Below the pieces are notes generated by a model. That model did not search any database, was not told the DNA's origin, and saw only the letters and a list, made by a program, of their open reading frames with translations. The translations under genes were made by a program, and so were the position numbers. A stretch of 64,000 nt of DNA from an uncultured bacterium (GTDB lineage: Bacteria; Babelota; Babeliae; Babelales; Babelaceae): positions 320,001 through 384,000 of the forward strand of contig OY970332.1 in the NCBI GenBank assembly GCA_963717435.1, in the 5' to 3' direction. Shown one piece after another: positions 10,000 to 20,381 of this stretch (positions are counted from its first letter, which is position 1; each line of letters opens with the position of its first letter).

Positions 10000-11220
10000 A
10001 TGGCACTATATTCTTACCAGGCATTTACGAAAGACGGGAAACGAGTCTCAGGAACAATTGATGCTGCAACGAACCAAGCTGCAAAAGAAGCTATTGTTAA
10101 AATGGGCCTACTACCAATAAAGATCGATGCAGCGGTAAGCGATTCGGCCGCAACAACATCGTGGTTTAAAAATATTTTTGCAAGAAGAGTTTCCATAAAA
10201 GACAAAATATTTTTCACAAAACAGCTTGCCGTACTTTTAAAATCTGGAATTCCGTTACTTCAAGCACTTGAACTTATGGTTGAGCAAACTGAGGGGCAAC
10301 TAAAAAATATTGTTATCTTTTTAAAAGATAATATTAAAGAGGGTAAATCACTTGCTGATGGACTTTCAAAATACCCAAAAGTTTTTGACAATATTTATAT
10401 CCAGCTTGTAAAAGCAGGAGAAGCCAGCGGCAAATTAGAAGTAATTTTGGAAAGATTAACAATATATTTAGAACGCAGACAGGCTATATCAAAAAAAGTA
10501 AGCAGTGCTTTAAGATACCCACTAATACAACTTGTTGTGGTTGTTATAGTTGTTATAGTTTTGTTAACCGGAGTTGTGCCACAAATTTCTGAAGTGTTCT
10601 CATCCAAGGGCGCAGCGCTTCCATTACCTACAAAAATATTACTCGCAATGTCAGGTTTTTTAACAGGACATTATATAATTTTGCTTGGAATAATTGTGAG
10701 TATTACTTCAGCTTTTTTATACTGGAAATCGACAGATTCTGGAAAAAGAACTTTGGACAAAATAAAATTAAAAATACCTGTTCTTAAGTATTTTGTTAAA
10801 ATGAGTGCGGTTGTACAATTTTCAAGAACATTGGGAATGCTAATAGAAGGCGGTGTAAATTTGGCTGAGGCTCTAAATATTGTAACTAAAATTGTGGACA
10901 ACAAAATTTTAGTGGACGCTTTAAACGAAGCAAAAGAAAATATTATAAAGCAGGGTAAGATATCGCAATATCTAAAGCAAACGAATATTTTCCCTCCTGT
11001 TGCGATTTATTTAATTAACACTGGCGAACAAAGCGGACATCTTGATACCATGTTGATAACTGTGGCAGAATATTATGAGGCTGAACTTAGCGAACTTGCT
11101 GATAGTCTTGCAGGATATATTAATCCAATAATGTTGCTGATAATGGCTGGCGTTGTTGGATTTATCGTTATGGCTATCGCGCTTCCGTTACAGCAACTTA
11201 CAACTGTTGTATCTCAGTAA
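10000..11220 (+). CDS. gspF: type II secretion/T4P inner membrane platform protein GspF/PilC
   Basis: FTKQLAVLLKSGIPL, AGEASGKL, ALRYP, TGEQSGHL. Confidence 0.93.
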   Translation: MALYSYQAFTKDGKRVSGTIDAATNQAAKEAIVKMGLLPIKIDAAVSDSAATTSWFKNIFARRVSIKDKIFFTKQLAVLLKSGIPLLQALELMVEQTEGQLKNIVIFLKDNIKEGKSLADGLSKYPKVFDNIYIQLVKAGEASGKLEVILERLTIYLERRQAISKKVSSALRYPLIQLVVVVIVVIVLLTGVVPQISEVFSSKGAALPLPTKILLAMSGFLTGHYIILLGIIVSITSAFLYWKSTDSGKRTLDKIKLKIPVLKYFVKMSAVVQFSRTLGMLIEGGVNLAEALNIVTKIVDNKILVDALNEAKENIIKQGKISQYLKQTNIFPPVAIYLINTGEQSGHLDTMLITVAEYYEAELSELADSLAGYINPIMLLIMAGVVGFIVMAIALPLQQLTTVVSQ

Positions 11221-11263
11221 TAGAACTAGAATAACTGTAAATAATAATATGAAAGGCGTATTT

Positions 11264-11707
11264 ATGACTCAAAGTCAAAATCTAGAAAACAGCAAACATT
11301 CAAAGCGCGGCTTCTCGCTAATGGAACTTATTATAGCTATAACCATAATAGCTATTTTAACTGCGGGAACAATAGGCGTTGCTGTGAACTATGTGGCCCG
11401 CGCAAGAAAAAGTAATACTTATTCGGCATTGCAAGCTGCTCAAACCGGAATTGATGGTTATTATATGGACACGAGCCAGTATCCAACAACATTGAACGAC
11501 TTGCTTCAGGCGCCGTCAGATGCAAAAGTCTCCAAGAAATGGGCCGGACCTTATTGGCCGAAAAAAAATGTGCCGCAAGATGGTTGGGGCAACGAATTGG
11601 TTTATAAAGTTACCAAAGGTGCGCACCCATATGAATTATATTCTTGGGGTCCTAACGGAGAAGGTAGCGATGCAAAGGAACATATAAGTGTTTGGGAACT
11701 CGAGTAG
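11264..11707 (+). CDS. gspG: major pseudopilin GspG
   Basis: G/FSLMEL prepilin motif, YPTTL, W-GPY, DGWGN, LYSWGPNG. Confidence 0.9.
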   Translation: MTQSQNLENSKHSKRGFSLMELIIAITIIAILTAGTIGVAVNYVARARKSNTYSALQAAQTGIDGYYMDTSQYPTTLNDLLQAPSDAKVSKKWAGPYWPKKNVPQDGWGNELVYKVTKGAHPYELYSWGPNGEGSDAKEHISVWELE

Positions 11708-12329
11708 ATTTACTAAAAAACTCGACACCCCGCTCGCCCCGAGTGTTCTTCGTAGCCTTGGCGAAGAAGAATGTATCGAGGGGTCGGCGTTGAGTGTACG
11801 GGGATTTTCTCTAATAGAATTAGTTGTTGCCATCATGCTTATTGCAATGATGGCAACACTGGTTGTTCCAAGATTTGGCGGCAGAACATATAGGGCCGAG
11901 CGGGATAAATTTGTAAATAAATTTAATACGATGGTACAGTTGGCTTATCAAAATGCTTTATCAACCGGCAAACTGCACAGAGTGTTAATTGATATAGATA
12001 AAAAAAAGATAAAGTTAGAAATCGAATCTGGCAAAGATTCCCAAAATAATTATCAATTCGCGACTATAAATATTCCGTATGTAAAATCGGAACTAAATTT
12101 TGAAGATTTCGAAATCATAAATTTATACTTAAAAAAAGATGATAAGTTAACAGGGCGTGCGCGAACCAGAGAAGCCTGGTTCTTTATTTCACCGGGTGGA
12201 ATGGCCCAAGAAGTTACGCTAAATATTAGATATTTAAAAAATCCTGAAAATATTAATACAGATTTTGCGCTTGTTTTAAACCCTTTTACTGTGCAATTTA
12301 AAACATATGATGAATTTCAAAAGCCATAA
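11688..12329 (+). CDS. gspH: minor pseudopilin GspH-like; leader contains a palindromic element
   Basis: G/FSLIEL motif, operon position. Confidence 0.75.
   Translation: MFGNSSRFTKKLDTPLAPSVLRSLGEEECIEGSALSVRGFSLIELVVAIMLIAMMATLVVPRFGGRTYRAERDKFVNKFNTMVQLAYQNALSTGKLHRVLIDIDKKKIKLEIESGKDSQNNYQFATINIPYVKSELNFEDFEIINLYLKKDDKLTGRARTREAWFFISPGGMAQEVTLNIRYLKNPENINTDFALVLNPFTVQFKTYDEFQKP
11730..11783 (+). repeat. palindromic element copy A (in gspH leader)
   Basis: CCGCTCGCCCCGAGTG-ttcttcgtagccttggcgaagaagaa-TGTATCGAGGGG. Confidence 0.9.
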
Positions 12330-12744
12330 GAACTCCGGATTTTCTTTTATCGAAGTTTTAATATCACTAACCATTGTGGGAATCATGGTAGGAAGTCTTA
12401 TTGGTCTTAATGGCGCAATATTTAGAACCACTCGTAGCGCACATGACACTATAGAAAATAGTATTTTATTAAAAAATTTTTTATTACAATCTCGGCAAGA
12501 TGCTAAAGAAATTAAAGCTGGTAAAAAAATAGAAAAACAAATTGAAAATACTAAAACAAAATTAAGCTACAATATAGAAAAAATTAAAGAAAATTCTGTG
12601 ATTTCAAAGCAAAAGATCCCAACACAAAACTTGTTCTTAGAAAAAACTGAAATAGAGTGGGAAGCTGGATTTGGGGTAAAAAGAAAAGAGAGTATTATTA
12701 CTTTTGTTTTCAAGCAAGAAGAACAAAAAAATGAAAAAGTTTAA
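12307..12744 (+). CDS. gspI: minor pseudopilin GspI-like
   Basis: G/FSFIEV motif, operon position. Confidence 0.7.
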   Translation: MMNFKSHKNSGFSFIEVLISLTIVGIMVGSLIGLNGAIFRTTRSAHDTIENSILLKNFLLQSRQDAKEIKAGKKIEKQIENTKTKLSYNIEKIKENSVISKQKIPTQNLFLEKTEIEWEAGFGVKRKESIITFVFKQEEQKNEKV

Positions 12745-13804
12745 GAATGCAAAAACGACCGACCCTTCGATACATTCTGCTTCGCCAAAGCTACGCAGAA
12801 CACTCAGGGCGAGCGGTCGCCTAAAATCACTTTTTGCAAAACCCGAGAATATTCTGAGTGATGCAAGTTTGGGCTTCACATTAATTGAAATAGTAATTGG
12901 AATCATGCTATCTTCGATTGTAAGTTTGGTGCTCTATAACATGCTAAATCAAACAACAAGAGTTGTTGAAAACGTAACTTCATACACAAATTTAGATAAC
13001 AAGATTGCCGTACTTTATAATCAAATTGATAAAACAATTTCTGCTGCCTTTTTGCCAAGAATAGAAGAAGTTAGAAGTACACTATCAACAGAAACTGTGA
13101 CAGTTATAAAGACAAATAAAACTGGAAAACCAGAAAACAAAGAAGAAAAAAAGCAGAAAGTCGAAAAAATATTTTATTCTGAAAACGACGGCGCAAATTT
13201 AAAGCTGCTTACATTTCTTTCAACAGGCGCAGTACGAGGCTACGATGAATCCGGTGGGAATATAACTCGCGTTGTTTATAGATTAGTAAAAGATGAACAA
13301 AATCCAGGTTTTTTTAAATTATTAATTCAGCAAAACTCTAAATTTTTAGATCTTGATATCTTAAAACCTGAAAATTCAAAAACGCGCAGCTATGAACTTG
13401 CAACAGGAATTAAATCTTTAAAAGCTGTATATTACGCAAGAGAAGAAAAACAAGAAGGCGAAAAAAATATAACAAGAACCAAGTTGCCCGACTGGGGTTC
13501 AAAAGAAATGCTAGAAAAATATAAACAAAAACTTCCAGAATTTGTTGACTTAAATGGAGTTATTTGGGACGACGTAAAAAAAAGAAATACTGAAATAAAG
13601 TTTAAATTTAATATTTATGGTTATGTAGCACCTGAGACTAATAAACCTAAAGAAGATAAAAACAAAGCGGTGCCTGCGGAACGTATACAACCATCTACCG
13701 GCAAGCAACCAGCAACACCAGCTCCTAAAATAACAGCCCAGCCTGACCCGAAGCTTGATGAAATTAAGAAAATCGCAGCAGATAATCCCAATATTTTTGG
13801 ATAA
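12731..13804 (+). CDS. gspJ: minor pseudopilin GspJ-like; leader contains a palindromic element
   Basis: G/FTLIEI motif, RVVYRL, operon position. Confidence 0.75.
   Translation: MKKFKNAKTTDPSIHSASPKLRRTLRASGRLKSLFAKPENILSDASLGFTLIEIVIGIMLSSIVSLVLYNMLNQTTRVVENVTSYTNLDNKIAVLYNQIDKTISAAFLPRIEEVRSTLSTETVTVIKTNKTGKPENKEEKKQKVEKIFYSENDGANLKLLTFLSTGAVRGYDESGGNITRVVYRLVKDEQNPGFFKLLIQQNSKFLDLDILKPENSKTRSYELATGIKSLKAVYYAREEKQEGEKNITRTKLPDWGSKEMLEKYKQKLPEFVDLNGVIWDDVKKRNTEIKFKFNIYGYVAPETNKPKEDKNKAVPAERIQPSTGKQPATPAPKITAQPDPKLDEIKKIAADNPNIFG
12763..12816 (-). repeat. palindromic element copy B (in gspJ leader)
   Basis: + strand CCCTTCGATACA-ttctgcttcgccaaagctacgcagaa-CACTCAGGGCGAGCGG. Confidence 0.9.
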
Positions 13805-13809
13805 AACTC

Positions 13810-14889
13810 ATGATCAAGAATAAAAACGGTTTTATATTGCTTTTAACATTAATGATCATATCGCTTTGCTCAGCAATGATACTTGCGGTGCTATCGCGAT
13901 CTGTTGCTCACAAAAGTTTGGCCACGATTTCACTTGAAAAAGAACAGGCCAAAATGGTTGCTCTTGGCGGAATTCAAATTGCGATAAGCGAACTTACTTA
14001 CACAGATACAACAAAAAGCGCTGAGAGTTCTGCTAAGCAACAAGCTGGCAGCAATATAATAAAGAGTCTAGTTGGTGGTGGGTCCGGCCAAGAAGATAAC
14101 AAGATGCTATTACAAATTTTTACGGTATTAAACACGTGGCAAACATTTGAATTTACAACAGGTTCTGACGGCTTTGATGCAAAGTTACAAATATATATAA
14201 GCTGTGAAAATGGGAAAATAGAACTTAACCAGTTTTTTGATTCTGAAAAAAAACTTTTTACAAAACTTCCTAATGGCGCAGAGAGCAGAAAAATATTGCA
14301 ATGGATCGAAGAAAAAACACAGCAGTTTGGAATAAAATCAGTTGCTGAGCCACTTGAGAGATTATTTAAAAAGCAGCAAATACCGTTTGTTGATGTAACA
14401 CAAATTATGGAAGAACCAGAATTTAAAAATCTAAATATTTTTCCCACACCACCGGATAAAGCAAATAAAAATTTAAAAAAGCAGATATATCTTGCTGATC
14501 TTTTTACGGTCGATTCAGATGGGATGGCGATTATGCCGTGGGCAATTTCAGACAGCTTGTTAAATCTTATGGGAGGGAAGCAATTACCCAAAGAAACCGA
14601 GTCCCAGAAGGCAGGACTGGCGGAAAAATTAAAAAGTAGTAAACTATCAATTGATCTTGAAAAAGAATGGAACAAATTGGTGACTCCAATTTACGGAATT
14701 GAATGGAACAACATCAATACAGATTTGAAGCAGTTGTTTTTAAGTAAGTTTGAACCGACTGCTTTTTCTGTTGTTTGTCAGGCAACTGTTGGGAGAACCA
14801 CTCAAAGACTCGTTGCGATAATCGCAAAAAATCGAGAATCTCGGGCAAAATCTGCTGGATTTACAACACGAAAGCTGTATTGGCTTTAA
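13810..14889 (+). CDS. gspK: minor pseudopilin GspK-like
   Basis: G/FILLLTL lacking Glu5, A-GGIQIA, CENGKIELN. Confidence 0.75.
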   Translation: MIKNKNGFILLLTLMIISLCSAMILAVLSRSVAHKSLATISLEKEQAKMVALGGIQIAISELTYTDTTKSAESSAKQQAGSNIIKSLVGGGSGQEDNKMLLQIFTVLNTWQTFEFTTGSDGFDAKLQIYISCENGKIELNQFFDSEKKLFTKLPNGAESRKILQWIEEKTQQFGIKSVAEPLERLFKKQQIPFVDVTQIMEEPEFKNLNIFPTPPDKANKNLKKQIYLADLFTVDSDGMAIMPWAISDSLLNLMGGKQLPKETESQKAGLAEKLKSSKLSIDLEKEWNKLVTPIYGIEWNNINTDLKQLFLSKFEPTAFSVVCQATVGRTTQRLVAIIAKNRESRAKSAGFTTRKLYWL

Positions 14890-14905
14890 CATCAAAGGGA
14901 TTAAT

Positions 14906-16405
14906 TTGCAGATTCGACAAGAGACCACTGTGGGTATCTTTATTTTAGCTGCAATTGGTGCGCTATTCATTTTAAGTACACATATAGGTTTTTTTAAGTT
15001 CGATAGAGCCAAGTACAATTCTTATTTTGTATATTTTAACGACGTTTCTGGTCTTTCAAAAAAGGCTGATGTCAAAATCGCGGGCGTTAAAGTTGGGTGG
15101 GTTGACCATGTCAATTTACAAAGCGAAAATCAGGTCAAAGTTCAAACCGCCGTCATGGTTCTCAAAGATTATAAACTCAAATCAGACGCATATGCCATAA
15201 TACGCCAAGAGGGAATCTTGGGTAACAAATATTTAGAAATAGTTCCCGGAACACCTACAGCAGCAGATTTAAAACCTGGCGATTCTATATCAAAACAAGC
15301 GCGCGAGCCTGTCATAATAGATGATATGATGTTCAAAGTTCAGGAAATAGCAAACAACGTCGAACAGGTTAGTAAGTCGCTAAAAGAAGTGTTTGCCGGT
15401 GATGACGGCATAGCGTTATTAAAAACATCTGTTCAAAATTTTAGTAGCGCGGCACAAAAAATTAACGATTTTTCCAATTCACTTGATAGAATTTTATGCT
15501 CAAACGAGCAAAATATTAATGGGATAGTTTCTGAAGTCAGAACTTTAGTTAAAGATCTTAAAGATCAGATTCCTAATACTATTAAGCACTTGGACCAGGA
15601 TATAAGCAAAGCTACCGGTCAAGTCTCAGAGATTGCTGAAAAAATAAATTCCGGTAAAGGGCTAATTGGAAAATTAATAAACGAAGACGAAACTTATAAA
15701 GACATTCAAAGCACTGTAAAAGGCGTAAAATCTTATTTTGATAAAGTTGGCAAGCTTTGTGTGATTTCTGATATCCATTCAGAGAGCATGACCGGTCTTG
15801 CTGAAAAATTCTGCTTTAGGGACAATAAGGGCATATTTAATTTAAGAATTCATCCCAACGAAGATTATTTTTATGTTGCGGGTATAACAACTTCACAAAA
15901 AGGCTATCTTGTCAGATCGGAATCAAATTCTGAATATTTTGATGAGAAAGGCAACCCAATTTTGCCGTCAGTAGAAAACCAAAGACCTCAAACGGCTACT
16001 ATTATGGTCGCTACAACAAAAACAAAAACTGAGATTTTAGACGACTGGAGATTTAACTTACAGTTCGGCAAAATTTTCAGCGATGTAGCTTTTAGAGTCG
16101 GTCTTTTTGAGGGCTTTGCGGGCCTTGCCGCTGACTACGAAGTTCCTATAGGATTTGATAATTTCAGATGGGTCACGACACTAGAGGCGTATGACTTTAG
16201 GGGCCGTAACCACTATTATAATGACGCCAGACCTCATTTAAAATGGCTCAACAGAATGTTTATCGGCAGAAATATATATGTTGTATTTGGAGCCGATGAC
16301 TTTGTTAGCAAATGGAACAAAAATGTATTCTTTGGTGCGGGTATCAGATTCGCTGACGATGACTTGAAATACTTCATGCCAGCGGGAGTATCCGTAATCG
16401 GTTAG
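14906..16405 (+). CDS. MCE/MlaD family protein with extended C-terminal beta-rich domain
   Basis: ETTVGIF, FNDVSGL...VKIAGVKVG, GILGNKYLEIVPG. Confidence 0.9.
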   Translation: MQIRQETTVGIFILAAIGALFILSTHIGFFKFDRAKYNSYFVYFNDVSGLSKKADVKIAGVKVGWVDHVNLQSENQVKVQTAVMVLKDYKLKSDAYAIIRQEGILGNKYLEIVPGTPTAADLKPGDSISKQAREPVIIDDMMFKVQEIANNVEQVSKSLKEVFAGDDGIALLKTSVQNFSSAAQKINDFSNSLDRILCSNEQNINGIVSEVRTLVKDLKDQIPNTIKHLDQDISKATGQVSEIAEKINSGKGLIGKLINEDETYKDIQSTVKGVKSYFDKVGKLCVISDIHSESMTGLAEKFCFRDNKGIFNLRIHPNEDYFYVAGITTSQKGYLVRSESNSEYFDEKGNPILPSVENQRPQTATIMVATTKTKTEILDDWRFNLQFGKIFSDVAFRVGLFEGFAGLAADYEVPIGFDNFRWVTTLEAYDFRGRNHYYNDARPHLKWLNRMFIGRNIYVVFGADDFVSKWNKNVFFGAGIRFADDDLKYFMPAGVSVIG

Positions 16406-17433
16406 GCAAAATTATTTCGGGCCATGCGCTCAGCACAGCTTTTTGCCATAAACTCGTTAACCAATTTTTCCATATAACTAAGTTTATTTAATCTTTCTTT
16501 AGAGCTTTCAACAATTTGGTTATCTACAGGAAACATAAAAGATATTCTCAAGAAAGCCAGCGCGGCGCAGATTTTTGTATAAGCTATAATCGCCGCCTTT
16601 TCAGCAGCGGCCTGCTGCATAAATTTTGTTAAAGCTATGGAACAGTTTTCATATGCCTCTGGTCCGGCAAATTTTGTGCATATAGTTTGAAGCAAATCTT
16701 TGGTAAGTTCAGGCGTAGATGTAGAAAATATGTCAGCTAAAGCTTTCCCAGACTGCCAACAGTTGGTCAAACACTGGCTGGACGCTAACGCAGATTTTAA
16801 TATTACAAGTTTATAGAATAACACTGCCACTATAATAATTATCGCTACAATTATAATTTTGTATCTGTGCCTATACAAAAAATTTCCAGTGGAATTTGAA
16901 TACTCTTTTAATAAATTATATAACTGCTGAACCAGAGTTATATGTATCTCGTTACTATTAGCAGCATTACTTTGACTTTGGCTCGTATTATTTAAATTAT
17001 GGCTGGAATTAACATTTATTGTAAAGTGTGGGGTCTGGCTAGAATTGGGAACCGGGCCAGCAAGATTAAGTGGGACAGCACTCGCCGCACCGCCAACATT
17101 ATTAGCTACCAAGCCAGTGCCCACATTATTTCTTGCAATATTATTAGAGCCATGGAACTCCGCCAGCTTGTTCGCCGCAATCTTTGCAGCAGAAGATAAC
17201 ACTTTCTTATTCGACAAAACTGTGGCCAATAAAGCCCTCTCATCGTTGGTTAGTTCTCCCAATCCAGCTTGAATATTAGAATCAATTTCAGGTTCGAAAC
17301 CGGAGCCATCAACATCCTGTCCCGTATTATTTGCCCCGTTAGTACTGTTCCCATCTGACTTGCTCCAACCCAATCCCGCATTAATATTGATATTATTACA
17401 CAAAATTAGCAGCAAAATTAAAACACGCTTCAT
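16402..17433 (-). CDS. hypothetical secreted/membrane protein, Asn/Gly/Ser-rich
   Basis: 343-aa ORF, signal peptide, internal TM helix, GGAG RBS. Confidence 0.7.
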   Translation of the reverse strand: MKRVLILLLILCNNININAGLGWSKSDGNSTNGANNTGQDVDGSGFEPEIDSNIQAGLGELTNDERALLATVLSNKKVLSSAAKIAANKLAEFHGSNNIARNNVGTGLVANNVGGAASAVPLNLAGPVPNSSQTPHFTINVNSSHNLNNTSQSQSNAANSNEIHITLVQQLYNLLKEYSNSTGNFLYRHRYKIIIVAIIIIVAVLFYKLVILKSALASSQCLTNCWQSGKALADIFSTSTPELTKDLLQTICTKFAGPEAYENCSIALTKFMQQAAAEKAAIIAYTKICAALAFLRISFMFPVDNQIVESSKERLNKLSYMEKLVNEFMAKSCAERMARNNFA

Positions 17434-17763
17434 AATTCAGTCTCCCCCAAGCTCCAACTCCCCTTAATATATTTCCCTTAGAAGATTATAGACCAATAAT
17501 CCCTTAAAATTAAAGAGATAATCCCCAAGTAATTTAATTCTATTATAAAAATCAGCTATTTATACCTGTATTTGGGCAATTTTGGGCGCTATGCTCTAAG
17601 GGCTCAGTTGAGATATAACAGAACCATGCTATAATGTTACTAATAGAAAATAACGAATTAAATCCAAATGACCCGGCTGAACTTAAAATTTTGCAAAATA
17701 GTTTAAGTTCTTCAAACTCAAGCAAGTAACAAATTAATAAAAAAATAATTACAGAAAATTATC

Positions 17764-18540
17764 GTGTATAAAAAAGCTAAAAACTCAGAATTACAGAATA
17801 AACTTGAACTAATAGAGTTTTTGTCTTCGCAACTCACGGATACAAGACTTCAAAAAATCAAAGATAATGCGCGGTTAAGAACAAAATATTTGACTGTTGT
17901 TCTTGAAGATGTGTTCCAGTCCCATAACATGAGCGCAGCTGTAAGGTCTTGTGAGGGTTTTGGAATCCAACAGGTCCATGTAATTGAAGATCGCAACAGG
18001 TACGTTGTTAACCAAAAAGTTGTTAAAGGTGCAGCTGATTGGGTTAATATTATTAAGCATGCTAATTATAGCTCTAATCACTCTAGTCACGACGCTAATT
18101 CAGGCGAAAATAATAACAGTAATATTAATAAAGAAAATTTTGAAAATACTCGTTCATGTTTTGAAAAACTACGTGCAGATGGCTACAGAATTGTGGCAAC
18201 TACTCCGCACGAAAAAGATAAATTAATTTATGATCTTGATCTAGAACCTGGCAAAATTGCTCTTGTTTTTGGAACAGAAGAAACGGGCTTGAGCAAATAT
18301 GCTATGGAAAACGCTGACGAATATGTCAAAATTCCAATGTACGGATTCACTGAAAGCTTTAATATTTCTGTTAGTGTTGCTATATGTCTTTATGAACTTA
18401 CAAAAAGATTGCGCGCGTCTGATATAAATTACAAATTAAGTGAATCAGAAATTATTGATCTTCAACTTGAATGGCTCCGAAAAAGTCTGCCCCATTCGAA
18501 TCTACTTGAAAAATATTTTCTAGAAAAAAAACAGCCATAA
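17764..18540 (+). CDS. trmH: TrmH/SpoU tRNA 2'-O-methyltransferase
   Basis: HNMSAAVRSCEGFG, VFGTEETG, IPMYGFTESFNISV. Confidence 0.88.
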   Translation: MYKKAKNSELQNKLELIEFLSSQLTDTRLQKIKDNARLRTKYLTVVLEDVFQSHNMSAAVRSCEGFGIQQVHVIEDRNRYVVNQKVVKGAADWVNIIKHANYSSNHSSHDANSGENNNSNINKENFENTRSCFEKLRADGYRIVATTPHEKDKLIYDLDLEPGKIALVFGTEETGLSKYAMENADEYVKIPMYGFTESFNISVSVAICLYELTKRLRASDINYKLSESEIIDLQLEWLRKSLPHSNLLEKYFLEKKQP

Positions 18541-18648
18541 AATTTATTCACAAATTTCTTGGTGCCAAATAAATAACCGCATGTTAGTATATAGTTAATT
18601 TTTTGAAAAAATTATAAAAAATTATTTTTAAAATTAACTGGAGCTGGC

Positions 18649-19386
18649 ATGGAAAAAGTTATAGAAATAGAACGTCTAGAATATTCAACAGAATCCCAAA
18701 CTTTAAAATTAGATCCGTTAGGTGACGGCATAAGTTCTGTCGAGCTTGTGCGTGTTTCTGGGTCAGATTTGGATGTTGTTAATGCAGCACGCGTAAGTTA
18801 TGGCAAAGTTAGTAATGAAATAACTGAACGTGATAAAAAGTTAATTAATTATTTAATTAAGCACGATCATACAAGTCCATTTGAGCATAACCAACTATCT
18901 TTTAGAATAAAATGCCCACTATTTGTTGCGCGCCAATGGATGCGTCACAGAATGAATTCTTATAACGAAATCAGTTATCGATACGTTGAGTCCCCACTTG
19001 AGTTTTATATTCCAGTAAAATGGCGCTATCAAGATGAAACAAACAGACAGTGTTCTACTGGTGAGTTTGAAGATGATATTGCTTTGATAGAATACAAAAA
19101 AGCTTTAGCAACTTCAGGAGACGTTTATTTAAAACTTTTGGAAAATGGTGTCGCGCGTGAAATTGCACGCGGCGTTTTGCCAATGTGCACTTATACAGAA
19201 TATGTATTTACTTGTAACTTACACTCGCTATTTAATTTCTTAAAACTCAGACTCGGGCCCGGGGCCCAATGGGAAATCAGAAAATACGCCGAGTGCCTAT
19301 TTAAATTGGCGCAGCCACATTTTCCTGCTTCTTTTGAGGGCTGGCAAAAGAAGAACGCAGAATTTGAATTTTTAAAGAATATTTAA
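18649..19386 (+). CDS. thyX: FAD-dependent thymidylate synthase
   Basis: AARVSY, HTSPFEH, RQWMRHR...SYNEISYRY, AQWEIR. Confidence 0.96.
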   Translation: MEKVIEIERLEYSTESQTLKLDPLGDGISSVELVRVSGSDLDVVNAARVSYGKVSNEITERDKKLINYLIKHDHTSPFEHNQLSFRIKCPLFVARQWMRHRMNSYNEISYRYVESPLEFYIPVKWRYQDETNRQCSTGEFEDDIALIEYKKALATSGDVYLKLLENGVAREIARGVLPMCTYTEYVFTCNLHSLFNFLKLRLGPGAQWEIRKYAECLFKLAQPHFPASFEGWQKKNAEFEFLKNI

Positions 19387-19417
19387 TTTTAATTATTTTT
19401 AATTATCGGGAGATAAC

Positions 19418-20224
19418 ATGAAACAACAAACAATTATAAAAACTGGATTATTACTATTTTCAGTTTTTGTGCTGGGAGCGTTTACGAGAAATTATCTATG
19501 TTTATGTGGTACATGGAAAGAGACGGGGAAAAACATGGCAAAATATTTTTTCTGGAACAAAAAATCAGATACAAAATCTAACTGCTGCCAAACAAATTGC
19601 TCAAAAAAATCTGACTCAGAATCCTCCAGAAGAAACCTGGAGATGGCTGAGAAAACGAGAACAACAGAATACCCTATTTTGGACATAATAAAAAATAGAT
19701 GGTCACCAAGGGCCATGTCTGGTGAAACTATAACAAAAACTGAGCTATTTACGCTGTTTGAAGCAGCAAGATGGGCCGCTTCTTCTTATAATAATCAACC
19801 TGAAAGATTTATTTACGCAACCAGAGACAGTAAAAACTGGGAAAGGTTCTTGAATCTATTGGTACCATTTAACCAAATGTGGGCAAAAAATGCTGGGGCT
19901 CTAATAGTTGTTGTCTCAAAAAACAGCTTCGATCATAGCGGCGAATTTATGCCAACCCACTCTTTTGATACAGGCGCGGCTTGTGCAAATATGGCCCTAC
20001 AGGGTTCAGAAATGGGGCTTGTGGTTCATGGCATGGGCGGGTTTGATTATAACAGGGCTAAAACAGAGCTTAATATACCTGAGGGATACGCTGTCGAAGC
20101 TATGTTTGCCATTGGCAAACCTGGAAACGCAGATATGCTTCCTGAGCAACTACGTGGCGGCGAAACCCCATCCGGGAGAAAGGCATTTGCCCAAATCGCA
20201 TGCGAAGATAAGTTTAACTTTTAG
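19418..20224 (+). CDS. nitroreductase family protein with N-terminal hydrophobic, Cys-containing extension
   Basis: RWSPRAM, AARWAASSYNNQP, FDTGAA, HGMGGF. Confidence 0.88.
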   Translation: MKQQTIIKTGLLLFSVFVLGAFTRNYLCLCGTWKETGKNMAKYFFWNKKSDTKSNCCQTNCSKKSDSESSRRNLEMAEKTRTTEYPILDIIKNRWSPRAMSGETITKTELFTLFEAARWAASSYNNQPERFIYATRDSKNWERFLNLLVPFNQMWAKNAGALIVVVSKNSFDHSGEFMPTHSFDTGAACANMALQGSEMGLVVHGMGGFDYNRAKTELNIPEGYAVEAMFAIGKPGNADMLPEQLRGGETPSGRKAFAQIACEDKFNF

Positions 20225-20267
20225 TTAAAGCGGGGGTATAATTACCCCCCTTGAAATAAGATAATTT

Positions 20268-20296
20268 TTGACATTTCGAGAGATTTTGGGCATAAT
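20268..20296 (+). promoter_or_regulatory. sigma70-like promoter for rpmA-secF
   Basis: TTGACA-17 bp-CATAAT. Confidence 0.65.
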
Positions 20297-20381
20297 AAAC
20301 CTTGAACATGAAAAATGAATATAAAAATCTTATCTGTAAATCAAATTTCTTTAAATTTTTAAGCACAAATAAAGGATTTCA

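Noticed and set aside
13998-14675. 225-aa antisense ORF, and similar short antisense ORFs (e.g. 6982..7515, 47155..47562, 53109..53507)
   Set aside because: They lie opposite well-supported genes and show no motifs.
18060-18145. Asn/Ser-rich insertion in TrmH
   Set aside because: Low-complexity loop without the palindromic consensus; not part of the element family.
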